DNA of 64,000 bases from Nocardiopsis ansamitocini (GTDB lineage: Bacteria; Actinomycetota; Actinomycetes; Streptosporangiales; Streptosporangiaceae): NCBI RefSeq assembly GCF_030268225.1, contig NZ_BSQG01000011.1, forward strand, positions 19,751-83,750. Reading direction: 5' to 3'. The translations under genes and the position numbers were made by a program. This document shows positions 45,224 through 56,206 of the stretch, one piece after another. Position 1 is the stretch's first letter. Every line of letters begins with the position of its first letter. The notes under the pieces are model-generated. The model had not been told where the DNA came from and ran no database searches. It worked only from the letters and a program-made list of their open reading frames with translations.

Positions 45224-46222
45224 ATGAGCGCAACTGATCCACAGCGGCCCGAGCCCCCGGGCGAGCCCGTCCAGAAAGCGGAGAAAGCCAAGGCCAAAGG
45301 CCCGGCGGAGATCATCCAGGTCTCCACGATCGCCCGCCGGTTCTATCTCGACGGACGCTCCAAGGTGGAGATCGCCGACGAGTTCGGGCTGAGCCGGTTC
45401 AAGGTGGCCCGCGCACTGGACATCGCCCGCGAGAGCGGCATCGTGCGCATCTCCATCCAGCTGCCCGCCCAGATCGACGCCGACCTCTCCGACCGGGTGC
45501 GCGCCGCCTACGGCCTGGACCGCGCCATCGTCGTGGCCGGCTCCGACGACCCCGCCCAGACCCACCGGCAACTGGGAAGCGTGGCTGCCGACCTTCTCGG
45601 GGAGATCGTCGAGGAGGGCGACGTCCTCGGTCTGGCCTGGGGACGCACCATCAACGTCATGGGAGCGGAACTGACCCGCCTCGCCCCCTGCACGACCGTG
45701 CAACTCGGCGGGGTCTTCTCCCACCGCACTGGGGACGAGGGTTCGGTGGAGACCGTCCGACGCGCCGCCCAGTTGTCGGGGGGCACGGCCTACCCGATCT
45801 ACGCACCGCTGATCGTCCCCGACGCCACGACCGCCCGGGCCCTGCGCGAGGACCCCGGAATCGCGTCCGCCCTCTCCCGTTTCGCGCTGCTGACCAAGGC
45901 GGTCGTGGCCATAGGCGGCTGGGACGAACAGAGCTCCACGGTCTACCAGAGCCTCGGTCCGCGACTGCGCGAGGAGTACCGGGCCCTCGGTGTACGCGCC
46001 GAGATCTCCGGCCGGCTGTTCGACGCCGAAGGAGCTTCGGTACGCACCGATCTCGAAGACCGGCTGATCGGCGTCAGCGCCGATCAACTGCGTGCCGTTC
46101 CGGAGGTCATCGCGGTGGCCGGCGGGCCGGGCAAGGCCGAGGCGGTCGCGGTGATGCTGCGCAGCGGTCTGGTCTCCACCATGGTGACCGACGCGGCCAC
46201 GGCGCGGACCCTGGTCGGTTGA
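45224..46222 (+). CDS. SorC/DeoR-family sugar-binding transcriptional regulator
   Basis: N-terminal HTH (KVEIADEFGLSRFKVARAL) plus C-terminal sugar-binding domain (LGLAWGRT, AVAGGPGKAEA). Confidence 0.85.
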   Translation: MSATDPQRPEPPGEPVQKAEKAKAKGPAEIIQVSTIARRFYLDGRSKVEIADEFGLSRFKVARALDIARESGIVRISIQLPAQIDADLSDRVRAAYGLDRAIVVAGSDDPAQTHRQLGSVAADLLGEIVEEGDVLGLAWGRTINVMGAELTRLAPCTTVQLGGVFSHRTGDEGSVETVRRAAQLSGGTAYPIYAPLIVPDATTARALREDPGIASALSRFALLTKAVVAIGGWDEQSSTVYQSLGPRLREEYRALGVRAEISGRLFDAEGASVRTDLEDRLIGVSADQLRAVPEVIAVAGGPGKAEAVAVMLRSGLVSTMVTDAATARTLVG

Positions 46223-46390
46223 CGGCCGCGTGCGCGCCGCCCCCGCGCGGCACCGCCCGCGCATCCCCCCGCCGACCTGGGCGGGCGGAAAAGGCAGACA
46301 AACGGGTGGTTCGGCCCCTCGTAATCGGTCCGCGACGCGGGGTAGGTTGATGCGCGCCGGACCCCCACTCGTCGATGGAAATGGTGAGCC

Positions 46391-47782
46391 ATGGCGCTGG
46401 TTGCCGGGGTGGACTCCTCCACCCAGTCCTGCAAGGTCGTGATCCGCGACGCCGAGACCGGCCGGCTGGTGCGCCAGGGGCGGGCGAACCACCCCGACGG
46501 AACCGAGGTCGACCCCGAACTGTGGTGGACCGCGCTGGGCGAAGCACTGGCCGAGGCCGGCGGGATCGAGGACGTCGACGCCGTGAGCATCGCCGGCCAG
46601 CAGCACGGCATGGTCTGCCTCGACGAGCAGGGCCGGGTCGTGCGCCCCGCACTGTTGTGGAACGACACCCGCTCGGCCGGAGCTGCCGCCGACCTCGTCA
46701 CCGAGTTGGGCCCGGAGTTCTGGTCCGGGGCCGTGGGCAGCGTCCCGGTGGCCTCCTTCACCGTCACGAAGCTGCGCTGGCTGGCCGAACACGAGCCGGA
46801 AGCCGCGGCCAGGACCACCGCGGTGTGCCTGCCGCACGACTGGCTGACCTGGAAGCTGTCGGGCTCCACCGACCTCGCCGCCCTCGTCACCGACCGCTCC
46901 GACGCATCGGGGACCGGCTACTTCGACGGGCGCACCAACCAGTACCGCCGTGACCTGCTGGAGCGGGCCTTGGGCCACGACGCCCTGCTGCCGCGGGTGG
47001 CGGGCCCCGTCGCAGCCGTGGGACGTGTCGGCGACGCGATGATCGGACCGGGCGCCGGCGACAACGCGGCGGCCTCCCTGGGCCTGTCCGCCGGCGACGA
47101 CGTGGTGGTCTCGCTGGGGACATCGGGCACCGTCTTCGCCCGTTCGGCGCAGCAGGCCGACGACGCCAGCGGCCTCGTGGCGGGGTTCGCCGACGCAACC
47201 GGCGCGTTCCTGCCCCTGGTGTGCACCCTCAACGCGGCCCGGGTCCTGGACGCTGCCGCGCGGATGCTCGGCGTCAGCCTGGACGAACTCAGCAATCTGG
47301 CGCTGAAGGCCGCGGCCGGCGCGCAAGGAGTGGTGTTCGTCCCCTACCTGGAGGGAGAGCGGACCCCCAACCTGCCCGATTCCTCCGGTGCACTGCACGG
47401 GCTGACCCTGGCCAACTCCACCCGGGAGAACCTTGCGCGGGCCGCGGTCGAAGGGATGCTGTGCGGTATGGCGGCCTGCCTGGACGCGCTGAGCGCGCAA
47501 GGGGTCGCGGTGGAGAAGGTACGCCTGATCGGCGGGGCGGCTCGCTCAGAGGCGGTACGCCAGATCGCGCCCAGCGTGTTCGGGGTACCGGTGCTCGCCC
47601 TGGAACCCGGTGAACGCGTTGCCGACGGGGCGGCCCGCCAGGCGGCATGGGTGCTGAACGGCGACACCGCACCGCCGCTCTGGACCGAACAGTTGGCACC
47701 CCCGAAGTGTTTCGAGGCCCCCGCCAGCCCTTGGGTCCGCGAACGCTACGCGGAGGCGTCGGTGAAGTACCTCAACCGCTGA
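46391..47782 (+). CDS. xylB: xylulokinase (FGGY carbohydrate kinase)
   Basis: [39 protein letters not shown]. Confidence 0.85.
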   Translation: MALVAGVDSSTQSCKVVIRDAETGRLVRQGRANHPDGTEVDPELWWTALGEALAEAGGIEDVDAVSIAGQQHGMVCLDEQGRVVRPALLWNDTRSAGAAADLVTELGPEFWSGAVGSVPVASFTVTKLRWLAEHEPEAAARTTAVCLPHDWLTWKLSGSTDLAALVTDRSDASGTGYFDGRTNQYRRDLLERALGHDALLPRVAGPVAAVGRVGDAMIGPGAGDNAAASLGLSAGDDVVVSLGTSGTVFARSAQQADDASGLVAGFADATGAFLPLVCTLNAARVLDAAARMLGVSLDELSNLALKAAAGAQGVVFVPYLEGERTPNLPDSSGALHGLTLANSTRENLARAAVEGMLCGMAACLDALSAQGVAVEKVRLIGGAARSEAVRQIAPSVFGVPVLALEPGERVADGAARQAAWVLNGDTAPPLWTEQLAPPKCFEAPASPWVRERYAEASVKYLNR

Positions 47783-47825
47783 TGCGTGCCCGCCGCCCCG
47801 GCCGCCTCCGTGAACCGGACACCGC

Positions 47826-48680
47826 TCACGGGGCGGCGGTGAAGCTGTGGCGCACGCATTCCAGGTAGACGGCGGAGGCACGCTCGGCGTACTCGGGGCT
47901 GAACCGACTGAAGCGCTCCAACGTGATCATGCTGTTGACCTCCAACACCCGCAGCCCACGCGGAGTACTGACCACGTCCACGGCCGCCAGCCGCAGGTCC
48001 AGCGCGGACATCGCCCGCCCCGCCATCTCCACCAGCGGCGCCGTCTCACCGGGGTCGTCCACGATCTCCGGGTATGCCCCCAGACCGAGGTTGTGGCGCC
48101 ATTCCCCTGCCGCAGCCGCCTCGTCGCGGACCTTGCGGAAGACGAGCCGCACCGACCCGTCGAGCATGACCACCCGGTACTCCTCGGCGATCTCCTCGAA
48201 GGGCGACACCGCGACCGAGCGGTAACGCTCCTGCAGAAGGCTCAATGCCGCGGTGAGCTCCCCGACACCGCCAGCGCGGACGACACCGTTGCCACCGCAC
48301 TCGGAGTTGGGTTTGACCACGACCGGGAAGCGGTCGTCGCCCAGCGCTCGGAGCAGGAACCCGTCCGGTTCGGTCTGGGCGAAACGCAGCAGGCGGTGCG
48401 CAACCGCCGGAACCCCTGCCTCGGCGAGGAGCAGGGAGCACGCCGCCTTGTCCCCGGCGAGCTGGGCGGAGGCGGCGTTGTTGACGGGGAAGTGGTAACC
48501 GATGACGTACCTGGTCGTCCCCTCTGCGCTCAACCGGGCGATCCAGGAGTCGGAGCGCCACTCCAACCGGACTCCCAGCGTGTCCGCGGCCGCCTGGAGC
48601 TGCGCGGTGAACAAGGGGCGGCGCACGGCGGGCGTCGCGGGGCCGCCTGTGCCGGAGGTGTGGGTCGGCTGCGAGGTCAT
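47826..48680 (-). CDS. ATP-grasp domain protein (RimK-like)
   Basis: FPVVVKPNSECGGNGV, EEYRVVMLDG, LEVNS; fold-level call only. Confidence 0.55.
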   Translation of the reverse strand: MTSQPTHTSGTGGPATPAVRRPLFTAQLQAAADTLGVRLEWRSDSWIARLSAEGTTRYVIGYHFPVNNAASAQLAGDKAACSLLLAEAGVPAVAHRLLRFAQTEPDGFLLRALGDDRFPVVVKPNSECGGNGVVRAGGVGELTAALSLLQERYRSVAVSPFEEIAEEYRVVMLDGSVRLVFRKVRDEAAAAGEWRHNLGLGAYPEIVDDPGETAPLVEMAGRAMSALDLRLAAVDVVSTPRGLRVLEVNSMITLERFSRFSPEYAERASAVYLECVRHSFTAAP

Positions 48681-48733
48681 GTCCGCATCATGCAGGGCCG
48701 GTCCGGCCGTGTCGAGGCCGGGCCAGGGCCGGA

Positions 48734-50446
48734 TCAGGCCGCAGGTTCGAACGACCGCGACATCTCGTCGAGCATCTTTGCACCGGTGTCCCAGTCGTCG
48801 TCGGGGTGGACCAGGAACAGCGAATAGCCCTTCTCCTTGGTGTGGAAACCGCGGTTGACGGCGTGCATCCGACCGCCGTTGCCGTTGAAGGTGAACTCCC
48901 AGTCCGAAGCGCTCTCGTAGCGGTCCATGGCGTCCAGGTCCACCCGGCCGATACCGATCTCCTCATAACCGGAGAACCCGCGCGAACCGATCGGCGCGTA
49001 CTCCTCCCAGTCGTCCTGGGCATCGGTCTGCGGGTTGTCCACCTGGGCGACCTGAAGGTAACCGCCGTCGGGGTTGCGGAAGAAGACGTCGCTTCCCCGG
49101 CGCTCCTGTGCCCAGCCTCGGGGCACGTCGACGGCGAAACCGGTCTGGTCGTCATGGCGCACCAGTTCGGGGCCGTCGTAGCCGTCGTCGGGCTCCGCCG
49201 TCCGCTCCGCTTCGGCTTCCCCTTCCTCCCCAGCGGCACTCGCGGGCGGGGACCCCTCGTCGTCCCCCGCAGAGGCCTCCGGCGGCACCCCGGAGGCGTC
49301 GGCCGGGGCCGACACCGACGAACCGGCGGTACCGGGAAGCCCCGCGCCCTCGGGCACGGCGGGGGAACCGCCGTCGGGCACCAGGAACAGGATCGCGGCG
49401 ATGACCCCGGCGACCACGAGCAGGACGAGCACCAGCAGCCCCGTGGTGCGCAGACTGCCGTCGCCTCGCCGGGCGGGCTTGGCGGACGTGGTCGGCTCGA
49501 CCGGCTCGGGCTCCGGCGGCGGGAGCGGCAGGGCCGTGGTGGCCTCGGCCGGCTCGAACGTCACGGGTTCCGCGGCGGGGGCGGGGGCGGGCAGAGGTTC
49601 GGGTTCGTCCCGGGGGGTGCTCTGCACCACCTCCTGAAGGATCTCGGCTGCCTCGTGGACGGTGGGACGGTTGCCCGGGTTCTTGTCCAGCAGCGCCTCC
49701 AGCAAGGGGCGCAGCGGACCGGCGGCGAGCGCGGGCGGAACGTCCTCGGTGACCACGGCGGTGAGCGTGGCCATCGGGCTGCTGCGCTGGAACGGCGGGG
49801 AACCGTGCAGGGCCGCGTACAGCGTGGTGCCCAGCGACCACATGTCGGTGTAGGGGGCGGCCGCCTCCCCACGCGCCTGTTCGGGCGCCAAGTAGCTGGG
49901 GGAACCAAGGAGGTTCCCGGTCCGGGTGAGGCTGCTGGCACCTTCGAGCCGCGCGATGCCGAAGTCCGTGAGAACCGCACGGTCGCCCTTGGCGACGAGG
50001 ACGTTGCCGGGCTTGATGTCGCGGTGCACGATGCCACGCTGGTGGGCGACGGCAAGCGCGGAGACCATCTGCAGACCGATGCCCGCTGCACGCGCGGGAG
50101 AGATCGTGCCGCGCGTCTTGATGATCTCGCTGAGCGAGTTGCCCCGGACCAGCTCCATCACGATCCACGGAAAGCCCTCGTATTCGACCACGTCGAACAC
50201 GGTGATGATCGAGGGGTGGCTGAGCTGGGCCGCACTTCGGGCCTCACGCATCATCCTGGTGCGCAGGATCTCGATCTCCTGCTGCGGCAGGTGCTCGTTG
50301 ATGGTGAGTTCCTTGATGGCGACCGGACGGTCCAGCAGCTCGTCGGTCCCCTCCCAGACACGCCCCATGCCGCCCTCGCCGATGAGCCGGGACAGCCGGT
50401 ACCGACCGACGAGGAGAAGGTCCGGCTCGGGGTGCTCAGTACTCAT
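48734..50446 (-). CDS. Ser/Thr protein kinase with TM helix and extracellular C-terminal domain
   Basis: GEGGMGRVW, VAIKEL, HRDIKPGNVLV, DFGIA, SPSYLAPE. Pro-rich linker, one TM helix. Confidence 0.85.
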   Translation of the reverse strand: MSTEHPEPDLLLVGRYRLSRLIGEGGMGRVWEGTDELLDRPVAIKELTINEHLPQQEIEILRTRMMREARSAAQLSHPSIITVFDVVEYEGFPWIVMELVRGNSLSEIIKTRGTISPARAAGIGLQMVSALAVAHQRGIVHRDIKPGNVLVAKGDRAVLTDFGIARLEGASSLTRTGNLLGSPSYLAPEQARGEAAAPYTDMWSLGTTLYAALHGSPPFQRSSPMATLTAVVTEDVPPALAAGPLRPLLEALLDKNPGNRPTVHEAAEILQEVVQSTPRDEPEPLPAPAPAAEPVTFEPAEATTALPLPPPEPEPVEPTTSAKPARRGDGSLRTTGLLVLVLLVVAGVIAAILFLVPDGGSPAVPEGAGLPGTAGSSVSAPADASGVPPEASAGDDEGSPPASAAGEEGEAEAERTAEPDDGYDGPELVRHDDQTGFAVDVPRGWAQERRGSDVFFRNPDGGYLQVAQVDNPQTDAQDDWEEYAPIGSRGFSGYEEIGIGRVDLDAMDRYESASDWEFTFNGNGGRMHAVNRGFHTKEKGYSLFLVHPDDDWDTGAKMLDEMSRSFEPAA

Positions 50447-50683
50447 GATTTCCTCTACTGGGAGGCCGGGGGGCGCGGCAGCGCTGTGACGACGCCACCA
50501 TCGGAGTGTAAAAGGCCGCAAGGCATGACAAGAGCCCCAGAAGTCGGGACGCCGTCCGCCCGCAGCCGTCCGACGGCTCGGCAGTTAGGCGGTGAACTGC
50601 GACTTTGGCAGCCGAAGAGGTACGGCGGGGAGGACTTCGCGATCCTTAACCAGAGGCGACAACCGACTCCCTACGATGGCGCC

Positions 50684-51013
50684 GTGATTTGTCCCAAGTG
50701 CCAGAACCACATGCGTACCTTTGACCGCATGGGAATCCACATCGACCAGTGCGAGCGCTGTCGTGGGATCTTCCTCGACGCCGGCGAGCTGGAGCAGATC
50801 GTCTCCGCCGAGCAGCGCCACTACACGCCGCCCCCTCCCCCGCCCTACGGCGGAGCGGCCCAGGGGTACCGGCCCGACTCCCCCGGCCCCTACCGCGGAC
50901 GCCCCGACTCCCCCGGCCCCTACAAGGGCGGCGGCTACGGTTACTCCGACTCCCCGCGGCCCTACGGGCACAAGAACCGCCGCAAGGGCTTCCTGGAAAA
51001 CCTGTTCGACTGA
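50684..51013 (+). CDS. zinc-ribbon (zf-TFIIB-like) domain protein with Pro/Gly/Tyr-rich tail
   Basis: VICPKCQNHM ... CERCRGIFLDAGELE. GTG start. Confidence 0.55.
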   Translation: MICPKCQNHMRTFDRMGIHIDQCERCRGIFLDAGELEQIVSAEQRHYTPPPPPPYGGAAQGYRPDSPGPYRGRPDSPGPYKGGGYGYSDSPRPYGHKNRRKGFLENLFD

Positions 51014-51019
51014 CCGATC

Positions 51020-51664
51020 GTGAACCTGTTGATCTGCGCGCGCTGCGGCGCGCGCACCGACATCCCCGTCGTGGATCCGGACGGCCCGGTGGTCTGCTGC
51101 ATCGACTGCGGCCACCGCCAGCCGTTTCTTCGGCGTCCCCTGCATTGTGTGACCGGGCCCAGCGGCACCGGCAAGTCCACCATCGCCCGGTTGCTCACGC
51201 CGTGGCTGGCGGACCGCTACGTCGTCCTCGAACAGGACGTCCTGTGGCTGGGGGGCTTGCGTGATCCGGCCGACGACCACCGGTTGTTCCGCTCGACCTG
51301 GCTGCGGATGATCTCGATGATCCACCAGAGCGGGCGCCCGGCCGTGTTGTGCGGAACGGTCGTCCCCCCGGAGTTCGAGCCATTGCCCGAACGCGCACTG
51401 TTCTCCGAGATCCGCTACCTGTCGTTGACCTGCGACCCCGAAGTCCTGGCCGAGCGGCTGCGGGTCCGCCCCGCCTGGCGTGGCTGGGACGAACCCCGGA
51501 TCGCGGAGATGCTCGACTACGCGGCCTGGATCGACGAGGCCGCAGCGGAGATGGCCCCGCCGATGGCACTGCTGGACACCACGCGCACCCCGGTGGAGGC
51601 CACTGCGGCGGCCGTCTACACCTGGATCACCGGCGAGGACCGGCCCCCTGGTCAATCGGTTTGA
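51020..51664 (+). CDS. P-loop NTPase with N-terminal CxxC...CxxC zinc ribbon
   Basis: CARCGARTD ... CCIDCGHRQ, then Walker [12 protein letters not shown]. Confidence 0.6.
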   Translation: MNLLICARCGARTDIPVVDPDGPVVCCIDCGHRQPFLRRPLHCVTGPSGTGKSTIARLLTPWLADRYVVLEQDVLWLGGLRDPADDHRLFRSTWLRMISMIHQSGRPAVLCGTVVPPEFEPLPERALFSEIRYLSLTCDPEVLAERLRVRPAWRGWDEPRIAEMLDYAAWIDEAAAEMAPPMALLDTTRTPVEATAAAVYTWITGEDRPPGQSV

Positions 51665-53903
51665 AGCCCCTCAACCGCAGGCTGTTGCTGACCACGAAGA
51701 CGCTGGAGAAGGCCATGGCGGCGCCCGCGATCATCGGGTTGAGCAGCCCGGCCGCAGCCAGCGGCAGAGCCGCGACGTTGTAGGCGAAGGCCCAGAACAA
51801 GTTGCCCTTGATCGTGGCGAGCGTGCGCCGCGCCAACCGGATCGCGTCGGCCGCGGCGCGCAGGTCGCCCCGGACCAGGACGAGGTCACCGGCCTCGATC
51901 GCGACGTCCGTGCCGGTGCCCATGGCCAGTCCGAGATCGGCCTCGGCCAGCGCGGCCGCGTCGTTCACACCGTCGCCCACCATGGCCACGGTCCTGCCCT
52001 CGGACCGCAGCCGCTTGACCACGTCGACCTTGTCGGCGGGGAGAACCTGGGCGATCACCTCGTCGATGCCCACTTCAGCAGCCACCGCACGTGCCACGGC
52101 CTCGTTGTCGCCGGTGAGCAGGATCGGGGTGAGGCCCAGCGCACGCAGCCTCCGCACGGCCTCGGCGCTGGTGGGCTTGACGGCGTCGGCGACCACGAGA
52201 ACGGCACGGGCCCGACCGTCCCAACCGACCGCGACGGCGGTTCGCCCCGCGGCCTCGGCCTCGGCCTTCGCGCGCTCCAGGTCCGCGGGCAGCTCCTGCC
52301 CCGACTCCGCCAGCAACGCGGCGCGGCCGGCGACGACGGCGTGGCCGCGCACCGTTGCCCGCACGCCCAGCCCCTCGATGCCGACGAACTCCTGTACCGG
52401 GCCCAGTTCCCCCGTACGGTCGACCGCCGCCCGGGCGATGGCACGGGCGATGGGGTGCTCGGAGGCGTTCTCCACCGCGCCGGCCAGGGCCAGCACCTCC
52501 TCGGCCGTCTCTCCCCGGGTGACGTGGACGTCGACCAGTGTCATCTGCCCGGTGGTGACGGTGCCGGTCTTGTCCAGCACCACGGTGTCGATACCGCGGG
52601 TGGTCTCCAGGACTTCCGGGCCCTTGATGAGAATGCCCAGTTGGGCACCGCGCCCGGTCCCCACGAGCAGGGCGGTGGGAGTGGCCAGGCCCAAAGCGCA
52701 CGGGCAGGCGATGATGAGGACCGCGACAGCCGCGGTGAACGCGACGTCCGCCGACCCTCCCACCCCCAGCCAGAAACCCAGGGTGGCCAGGGCCAGGACG
52801 ATCACCACCGGCACGAATACGCCCGACACCCGGTCGGCCAGTCGCTGCACCTCCGCCTTGCCGCTCTGGGCGTCCTCGACGAGTTTGGCCATCTGCGCCA
52901 ACTGGGTGTCGGAACCGACCCTGGACGCGCGCACGACGAGCCGTCCGCCCGCATTGACGGTGGCACCGGCGACGGTGGCACCGGGACCGGCCTCGACCGG
53001 GACCGACTCACCGGTCAGCATGCTCATGTCGATCGACGAGGTCCCCTCCTCGACAACGCCGTCGGTGGCGATCTTCTCGCCGGGACGGACCACGAAACGG
53101 TCGCCGACGACCAGGGAATCCGCCGGTACCCGTTCCTCGATGCCGCCGCGAAGAACCGAGACCTCTTTGGCCCCCAGTTCGAGCAGGGTGCGCAGCGCGG
53201 CCCCTGCCCTGCGCTTGGAACGGACCTCGAAGTAGCGGCCGAGCAGGATGAACGTGGTGACGCCGGCGGCGACCTCCAGGTAGATGTTGGCGCTGCCGTC
53301 CGTCCGGGCGACGGTGAACTCGAAGGGGTGGATCATTCCCGGCTCGCCCGCGGTGCCCAGGAAGAGCGCGTACAGCGACCACAGGAACGCCGCGATGGTG
53401 CCCATGGAGACCAGGGTGTCCATGGTCGCCGCGCCGAGCCGGAGGTTCTTCCAGGCGGCGATGTGGAAGGGAAGCGCGCCCCAGACCAGCACGGGCGCGG
53501 CCAGGGTGAGCGACGCCCATTGCCAGTAGGTGAACTGCCAGGCCGGCACCATCGCCATGGCGATGACGGGCACGCTCAGGACGGCGCTGACGATGACACG
53601 GGTACGCAGCGCGTGCGTGGGGTCGTCCTCAGCAGCGGAGGCGTCCGTGTCAGGAGCGGGCGGGCTGGGCAATTCGGCGGTGTACCCGGCTTTCTCGACC
53701 TGGGTGACCAGGTCCCGGGGGGTGATGTCGTCGCCGTACTGCACGCTCGCCTTCTCGGTGGCGTAGTTGACGCTGGCGGTCACCCCGTCGAGCTTGTTGA
53801 GGCGGCGTTCGATCCGGTTGGCGCAGGAGGCACAGGTCATGCCGCCGATCGCCAACTCGATCCGCGTGGCGGGGTGCTGCCGGGTAGCAGAATCGCTGCT
53901 CAT
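51627..53903 (-). CDS. copA: copper-translocating P-type ATPase
   Basis: HMA domain [15 protein letters not shown] motif [28 protein letters not shown]. Confidence 0.9.
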   Translation of the reverse strand: MSSDSATRQHPATRIELAIGGMTCASCANRIERRLNKLDGVTASVNYATEKASVQYGDDITPRDLVTQVEKAGYTAELPSPPAPDTDASAAEDDPTHALRTRVIVSAVLSVPVIAMAMVPAWQFTYWQWASLTLAAPVLVWGALPFHIAAWKNLRLGAATMDTLVSMGTIAAFLWSLYALFLGTAGEPGMIHPFEFTVARTDGSANIYLEVAAGVTTFILLGRYFEVRSKRRAGAALRTLLELGAKEVSVLRGGIEERVPADSLVVGDRFVVRPGEKIATDGVVEEGTSSIDMSMLTGESVPVEAGPGATVAGATVNAGGRLVVRASRVGSDTQLAQMAKLVEDAQSGKAEVQRLADRVSGVFVPVVIVLALATLGFWLGVGGSADVAFTAAVAVLIIACPCALGLATPTALLVGTGRGAQLGILIKGPEVLETTRGIDTVVLDKTGTVTTGQMTLVDVHVTRGETAEEVLALAGAVENASEHPIARAIARAAVDRTGELGPVQEFVGIEGLGVRATVRGHAVVAGRAALLAESGQELPADLERAKAEAEAAGRTAVAVGWDGRARAVLVVADAVKPTSAEAVRRLRALGLTPILLTGDNEAVARAVAAEVGIDEVIAQVLPADKVDVVKRLRSEGRTVAMVGDGVNDAAALAEADLGLAMGTGTDVAIEAGDLVLVRGDLRAAADAIRLARRTLATIKGNLFWAFAYNVAALPLAAAGLLNPMIAGAAMAFSSVFVVSNSLRLRGFKPIDQGAGPRR

Positions 53904-54787
53904 CGGCTCTCCTCTGTGTCGGCGGACACCACGAACTCCGCGGTGTGCACCTTGTTCTCGTGCGTGAAGTCCAGGTAGAGCAGGTAGTCGCCGGCAGAGG
54001 GGGCCTGCACGGCCATCGCGATCTCCGGTCCGGGATCGGCATCGGGGCCGGGGTGGACGTGAAGATAGCCGAGGTCCCCGACGCGCAGGGCCACCAGGTG
54101 GCCGTAGGCGCCCAGGTGGGGCTGGAGGTCGGTGACCGGCTCGCCGTCGCGGTTGACGGTGAAGGCAAGCGTGTTCTCGGCATCGGTGGCCAGTTCCCCG
54201 TCCAGTTCGACGGTGTAATCGCCGACGCGCGTCGTAGGAGCGGGTTCGGGCCGGGATGCGGGCCGGTAGTCGCCCGGCAGGGCGAGGTCGGCGCCCAGGA
54301 CGAGGCCTTCGTGACCGGTCGGGCGGAAGTCGGCGAAGACACGGTAGGGGCCGGCCTCTTCCAGGGTCAGCGCAACGCTCCAGACCCCGGAGGGATCGAG
54401 TTCGGGGTGCAGGTGCTGGTAGCCCGTGCCGTCCCTGGCGACGACGACGAGGTGGAGCCGTTTCTCGTGGACCTCGGCGAAATCGGTGACGGGGGCGCCG
54501 TCGGGACCGGTGATCCGGATTTGCAGCGGGGCTGATTCGCCGACCGTGTCCGGAGCTCCGACGAGGTCGAGGGCGTAGCCGTCGACAGCCGTCTGGAGGC
54601 CCACGGCTGCGGAGTGCTCGCCACTGTCGCCCGCGGTGTCGGACTCGACGTGGGAGCCCTGGTGCGCGGGCTCACTCGTGCTGACGGCGGGCAACGCCGG
54701 AGCGAGCAGCCGACCCGCTCCGAACGCCCCGCCGAACGCGACGACGAGCCCCACCCCGTACACCCCCAGTCTGACCGCGACATTCAT
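53900..54787 (-). CDS. membrane-anchored secreted protein co-transcribed with copA (possible copper-handling periplasmic protein)
   Basis: N-terminal TM/signal, His-rich patches ([18 protein letters not shown]). ATGA overlap with copA. Confidence 0.5.
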   Translation of the reverse strand: MNVAVRLGVYGVGLVVAFGGAFGAGRLLAPALPAVSTSEPAHQGSHVESDTAGDSGEHSAAVGLQTAVDGYALDLVGAPDTVGESAPLQIRITGPDGAPVTDFAEVHEKRLHLVVVARDGTGYQHLHPELDPSGVWSVALTLEEAGPYRVFADFRPTGHEGLVLGADLALPGDYRPASRPEPAPTTRVGDYTVELDGELATDAENTLAFTVNRDGEPVTDLQPHLGAYGHLVALRVGDLGYLHVHPGPDADPGPEIAMAVQAPSAGDYLLYLDFTHENKVHTAEFVVSADTEESR

Positions 54788-54850
54788 GACGCTTCCTCAC
54801 CCTCTCTGTGCGCAACACCCGGCGACGTCTCATTCATCCGAGTCAACCGT

Positions 54851-54867
54851 ATACCCCCAAGGGGTAT
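54851..54867. promoter_or_regulatory. CsoR-type operator-like inverted repeat ATACCCC-caa-GGGGTAT upstream of the cop operon
   Basis: Read directly. Resembles the ATACCCC..GGGGTAT boxes bound by CsoR-family copper repressors. Confidence 0.5.
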
Positions 54868-54998
54868 TCCAGAAAGAGGGAGGTGCCATGCACCAAATCG
54901 ATCAGGGTACGCAAAACAGCAGGTAGACGCATCGCGCGCACGAAAAGTCAGATTCGGGGCGAGCGGCGGACGCCGCTCCGGGGAACGGTTCCGGGGCC

Positions 54999-55796
54999 TC
55001 ACGCACTCCGGCGCAGCTCGGCCACCTCGGAGCGCAACGCACGCAGTTCGGCGAGGATGGCGTCCTGTTGGTCCTCGGGATCCGCCTCGCGAACGGCCCT
55101 CTTGCGCGGATGGGCTTCGGACTCGTGCTCCAACGCCTCGACGGCGACTGCGATGAACAGGTTGAGGGCGATGAAGGTGGACGCCAGGATGTAGCCGACG
55201 AAGAAGATCCAGGCGAGCGGATGCGAATCGGTCACCGTCTTGGCGATCTCCCCCCAGCTGTCACCGGTCATGATCTGAAACAGCGTGATCAGGGAAGTCG
55301 CGAGGTCACCGAAGTACTCCGGCGAGATGTCGCTGAACAACCGGGTGGCCATCACAGCCGCCACATAGAGCAGGAGCGCCACCAGCAGCGCGATCGAGGC
55401 CATCCCGGGCAGTGCCTTCAGCAGTCCCGCGACGACGTGTCTGAGAGTGGGAATCACGGAGAGCAACCGCAGTACCCGAAGGACGCGCAGCACCCGAAGA
55501 ACCGCGAAAGGACCGGACGTGGGCAGCAGGGCGATGCACACGATGATGAGATCGAACCAGTTCCAGGGATCACGGAAGAAGTCGCCGCGGTAGGCGAACA
55601 TCCGCAGCGCCAGCTCGACGACGAACACCCCGAGGACGAAAAAGTCCACCATGTGCAACAGATCGCCGTGCCTGCCCATTAGCCCGGGCGAGGTTTCGAC
55701 CCCAAGAAGGACCCCGTTGACCAGGATGAGCGTAATAATGCTCGACTGGAACCAGCGCGCATCGACGAGCTTTCGGACACGTTCCCGCGCGGTCAA
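54999..55796 (-). CDS. voltage-gated cation channel family protein (single-domain, NaChBac-like)
   Basis: S4 voltage sensor VLRVLRVLRVLRLL. Pore region TLFQIMTGDSWGEI. Confidence 0.8.
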   Translation of the reverse strand: MTARERVRKLVDARWFQSSIITLILVNGVLLGVETSPGLMGRHGDLLHMVDFFVLGVFVVELALRMFAYRGDFFRDPWNWFDLIIVCIALLPTSGPFAVLRVLRVLRVLRLLSVIPTLRHVVAGLLKALPGMASIALLVALLLYVAAVMATRLFSDISPEYFGDLATSLITLFQIMTGDSWGEIAKTVTDSHPLAWIFFVGYILASTFIALNLFIAVAVEALEHESEAHPRKRAVREADPEDQQDAILAELRALRSEVAELRRSA

Positions 55797-56206
55797 GGGG
55801 TCTCCGCTTCAATATCACCGAAAGTCACCGAAAAAAGCCTACTTGCGCTCTTGACAACCCGATACGCACTTATCCCGAAAAGGCAATTTTCGGCCACTCC
55901 GATATAGGCACCCCGGACCGACCGGCCGGACTCTCGACCCCCTCCGCGCCACCCGCCACACAAGCCCCGTTGGTCTGCAAGGACACGGGAAGCAACAGGG
56001 GACCGGGGCGAACCGGGCCGACCGACACCTTCCAAGAAAGTAACGGATTGCTAACGGTGCCCGGTCCGATGTTAATCGTCGCCACCACCGGGCAGGCGCG
56101 CTCAGCGGTACGCCCCGGTCGTGCTCGGCCCGCCCCGGTCCCCCGTTCCCACCGACGGCGCCACAGCCCGGCGGATGCGCTCCGACCCCCATTGTGACGG
56201 AGGCAC

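Noticed and set aside
54784-55002. 72-aa minus-strand ORF considered as a csoR candidate next to the CsoR-box
   Set aside because: No C-H-C metal-binding pattern and no helical CsoR-like sequence. It overlaps the operator and the ion-channel gene end.
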